A DNA stretch of 64,000 nt. Origin: an uncultured Gemmatimonadaceae bacterium. GTDB taxonomy: Bacteria > Gemmatimonadota > Gemmatimonadetes > Gemmatimonadales > Gemmatimonadaceae. Below the pieces are notes generated by a model. It did no database searches. It saw nothing but the letters and a program-made list of their open reading frames with translations, and was not told the origin of the DNA. Shown in pieces: positions 61,264-64,000 of the stretch (position 1 is its first letter; each line of letters starts with the position of its first letter). Where the stretch lies: the NCBI GenBank assembly GCA_963740355.1, contig CAVUDW010000003.1:1408001-1472000 (forward strand), in the 5' to 3' direction. The position numbers and the translations under genes are program-made.

Positions 61264-61419
61264 TCGCGGTCCAGTCGCCAGAGAGCGTTGAAATTCTATC
61301 TCGGCCAGAGCTGCCGAATGGCGCAAGGGGTTTGTCGGAGAGCGTATTGCACTTCGTCGACACAGGTACACCTTGTATCTAATAGCGCCTTCGCGCCCAT
61401 CCCACACTCCTGCTGCGAC

Positions 61420-62370
61420 ATGCCAGAGCAAGACGACGAAACCCTGCAGGCGCTCTATGCGCAACGATGGGCAGATCCTGCAATCGGCACGGCGCTCGAC
61501 CACATCGTTCCCGGCGACCGGCTTCGACGACTCGTGAGTCGGAGGATGGCTGACGGCCTTCTGCGGGTCCACGCCCTGATCCCTGACCGCTGGGGAATCT
61601 CCGATGGGGTAGATTTTGTCCGGCTGAACGTCGGTCGCGCCGAGGCGATGTGTATCGACAACTACGGCGTGCTGCTGATGGTGCACGAGCCGACCGTCGC
61701 ACGCGTGGGACGCGGCACGGTGCTGGACGATCTTGACCACACGGCAAAGGGGGCATACCTAAGCATTCCGGACTCGGTATATGTGACCATCCCATGGCAC
61801 AATGAGCCCAGCGACATCACGAGATACCTCGAGCGCCTTCGCGAAGCGCACGAGGCCCATCTGGCCATCGCGGTCAAGACGGGAATGAACGGGATGACAC
61901 GGAAAAGGGACACCACCCCGGTCTGCTAGACATGATTGCAGCGACCGCGGGCATCAAGCTGCCGCAGCCGACGTACGTGAGGGTCTCGCCGCCAACCGCG
62001 ACGACGACCGCCGAAGAGACGCCTTCGCAAGGCGGGCCGCATCCTGGGTGGAAGAAGTCCGGCATGAGGTGACCCTGTCGCGTGTCGAGCGGAACCCGCG
62101 TCTCCGACACGACTGCATCGAAGAGTACGGGACCCGATGTCAGTGCTGCGACACCGATCTGGGGGAGGTGTACGGCCCTGTCGCGGTTGGACTGATTCAC
62201 GTCCGCCACTGCATCCGGCGTCACAAGGTGTCAGAGAGACGGACCCGATCCGAGACCTGCGCCCGGTCTGCGCGAATTGCCACATGGTCATCCACGCGGT
62301 CGGCGAACTGCGATCGGTCGAGGAGGTCAGCGCAATGTTCAAAGCGCACGGGATGCGCGGCCGTGCTTGA
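61420..62370 (+). pseudogene. McrA-like HNH restriction endonuclease with N-terminal domain, frameshifted
   Basis: ERNPRLRHDCIEEYGTRCQCCDTDLGEVYG...IHV.H, then DPIRDLRPVCANCHMVIH in the next frame. N-terminal part (RLNVG, HHPGLLD..LPQPTY) starts at ATG 61420. Confidence 0.7.
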
Positions 62371-63018
62371 TGCCGCTGACTTTGCGAAAGTGGTCGGGTG
62401 CACTCAATGCACCAGAACGACGGATGCAGCGCTGTCGCGCAGCGACGCGGACGTGCCCCAGCCGGGATTCATCGGCGCGAACTACCACACCCATCGGGTG
62501 CTGCTCGTTGGCCAGAACCCGGCACAGCCCAAGACCAGCCGCGAGCGCGATGAGCCGTACATGGACGCGCTCCGTCAGCTCGGCCGCGCACCGACGGACG
62601 AGGCCCTTGCGCACTACACCGCAACGGTCCGCGCCTACGTGGAGCATTGGCCAATCACGCGCTCATACTTCCCACTCGAGCGGTGTGGCCTGACGGTCGA
62701 CGACATCGCGTACTGCGCCTGGTGGTGCCGGACCGAGGGTGACGCGGCACCCGGCCCTCGACTCGTCGGTACCTGCGTAGCCACGCACTTCGAGGAATGG
62801 CTGTCCCGACTAACTCCTCGCGTAGTCGTCTTCATCGGTATGTGGGCCGCCGACCGCGGTGCGCCCGCCTGTGCACACGACACAAGATTCCGTTCACGTG
62901 GCTCAGCCGGCAACGAAACCTGACGGCCGACGCTCGGGAACGAGGGATGGTCAACGTTGTGGCGTTGGTGCAGTCCGCGATGCCTGGCGCGGCGCAAATT
63001 GGCGCACCACCGCACTGA
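62363..63018 (+). CDS. Uracil-DNA glycosylase superfamily protein (3' end frameshifted)
   Basis: CxxC (CTQC), PQPGFIG.NY, VLLVGQNP (motif A-like), CRT...C, LTPRVVVFIG; GTG start overlaps the HNH stop. Confidence 0.6.
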
Positions 63019-63104
63019 CGGGAAACGGCGGAATCGCAGGAGCTCCTTCACAGCGTGACGTCTACGTCCCACGCCTGCGACTCTGACGATTCCGAGTAGA
63101 CGGC

Positions 63105-63620
63105 ATGAAATCGAATCAGCATGCCATTGTTGCGGCAGTCGCAGCCGCGCGGATGTCAACGTGCCATCGCACAATGCCTGCAACTGACTGGTCGAAACGC
63201 TGCTCCTGCCGCGACCGCCGGGATTCTCCGGAACGCGAACAGCTGTGCCTGCCCGACGTGTGGCGCAATCGCCGCGGAAACGTGGACACTCCGGCGGCAC
63301 GAAGCCATGGCGCAGATGTACCAACGATTGTTCCGCCTCAAGCCTGTCGGTCCCCATCGCCCCATGCTGGAGAGAGTGCTTCGGCAGCGAATCAGGACCT
63401 ACACGAATTGCGGCACTTCAGGGTTTCGGGCAGGAATTATGCGTATCCGTGCCTCTGCGACGAATGTGACGCGCTTGGCGCTCGCTGGCACACGGCACCG
63501 CATGTGGCTGACGCGGCTCGCGAGACCATACTCGCCATGTACCCCGACGCGAGTGCCCCGCCAACACTTGGCGCGTTCGGTCGCAGCGATTCGCACTACA
63601 CGTGGATCTCACGGATCTAG
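63105..63620 (+). CDS. Hypothetical Cys-rich protein, probably frameshifted
   Basis: Overlapping plus-strand frames carry CACPTC and CLCDEC; no family recognised. Confidence 0.3.
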   Translation: MKSNQHAIVAAVAAARMSTCHRTMPATDWSKRCSCRDRRDSPEREQLCLPDVWRNRRGNVDTPAARSHGADVPTIVPPQACRSPSPHAGESASAANQDLHELRHFRVSGRNYAYPCLCDECDALGARWHTAPHVADAARETILAMYPDASAPPTLGAFGRSDSHYTWISRI

Positions 63621-64000
63621 GCAGGCCAATCTGTGGTCTCCAACGCGCCCTGTTGCAACAGCGTTAGCTCGGCGGCACGAATATTCGCAAAGATGCCGAT
63701 CGTGTCGACGACTGAGTATGCGTCGTGTGTGGTGACGAAATACAGAGGATCACGGTTCTGCACCGAAATCTCGCGAACCTGAACCCAGTACCAGCGTTCG
63801 TTCTCCTGAGCATCTTCGAGCAGCTCCTCGTTCCAGAGACCGGGGAATGTCGCGCCGTACCACTGCCAATCCAACTTCTCACAGAGCTGTTCTGCGGCAT
63901 CGGTGGTGGAACGCGTGCGCATCGATTGCAAGAGTCCAGCAATCTCTGGATCCTTCACCTTCGCGACTAACTCCGCGACGCGCAGCTCATCAGCGACGAG
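63617..64000 (-). CDS. Hypothetical protein, 5'-truncated by window edge
   Basis: Frame is open to base 64000 (LVADELRVAELVAKVKDPEIAG...); natural globular composition. Confidence 0.55.
   Translation of the reverse strand, partial: LVADELRVAELVAKVKDPEIAGLLQSMRTRSTTDAAEQLCEKLDWQWYGATFPGLWNEELLEDAQENERWYWVQVREISVQNRDPLYFVTTHDAYSVVDTIGIFANIRAAELTLLQQGALETTDWPA

Noticed and set aside
62048..62923. Single HNH-UDG fusion protein as given in the ORF track
   Set aside because: The HNH motif finishes in another frame (62137-62370, CANCH) with its own stop overlapping a GTG at 62363; the fusion is best explained by a frameshift near 62210.

Overview
High-GC bacterial chromosome segment. The gene repertoire suggests Gemmatimonadota (inference only): TIGR02999-like ECF sigma plus Ser/Thr kinase, kinase-TolB fusion, PadR/permease pair, carboxypeptidase-regulatory/plug-like protein and many lipoproteins. 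From 1 to ~51.5 kb the genes are mostly intact metabolic, signalling and envelope genes: GGDEF-EAL, EamA, AlkA, TonB receptor, M20 amidohydrolase, cysE-cysK, two ECF modules, S9 peptidase, GT4 and a serine hydrolase. From ~51.7 kb to the end nearly every gene is broken by indels (most likely consensus errors, possibly decay), and a lower-GC island-like tract starts near 57.7 kb. Most notable: (1) an nrtR - PRS-like - NAMPT-like operon with a textbook NrtR box and no NMN adenylyltransferase, matching the architecture of the phage NARP1 (ADP-ribose to NAD+) pathway but under host ADP-ribose-sensing control; (2) a TerY-P triad (vWA, PP2C, kinase) extended by a coupled fourth membrane protein; (3) a divergent HhH-glycosylase-like / McrA-like HNH / UDG-like cluster, a candidate modified-DNA defence locus; (4) a candidate Phe/Trp attenuator and structured RNA upstream of an ACT-less prephenate dehydratase; (5) a mosaic array of 27-bp palindromic repeats at 7.1-7.7 kb and a MITE/REP-like inverted repeat at 18.9-19.3 kb; (6) an HtrA-like protein lacking its catalytic His and Ser, next to a LuxR regulator. 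No rRNA, tRNA, CRISPR array, integrase or transposase was recognised. All calls come from reading motifs by eye, not from database searches.
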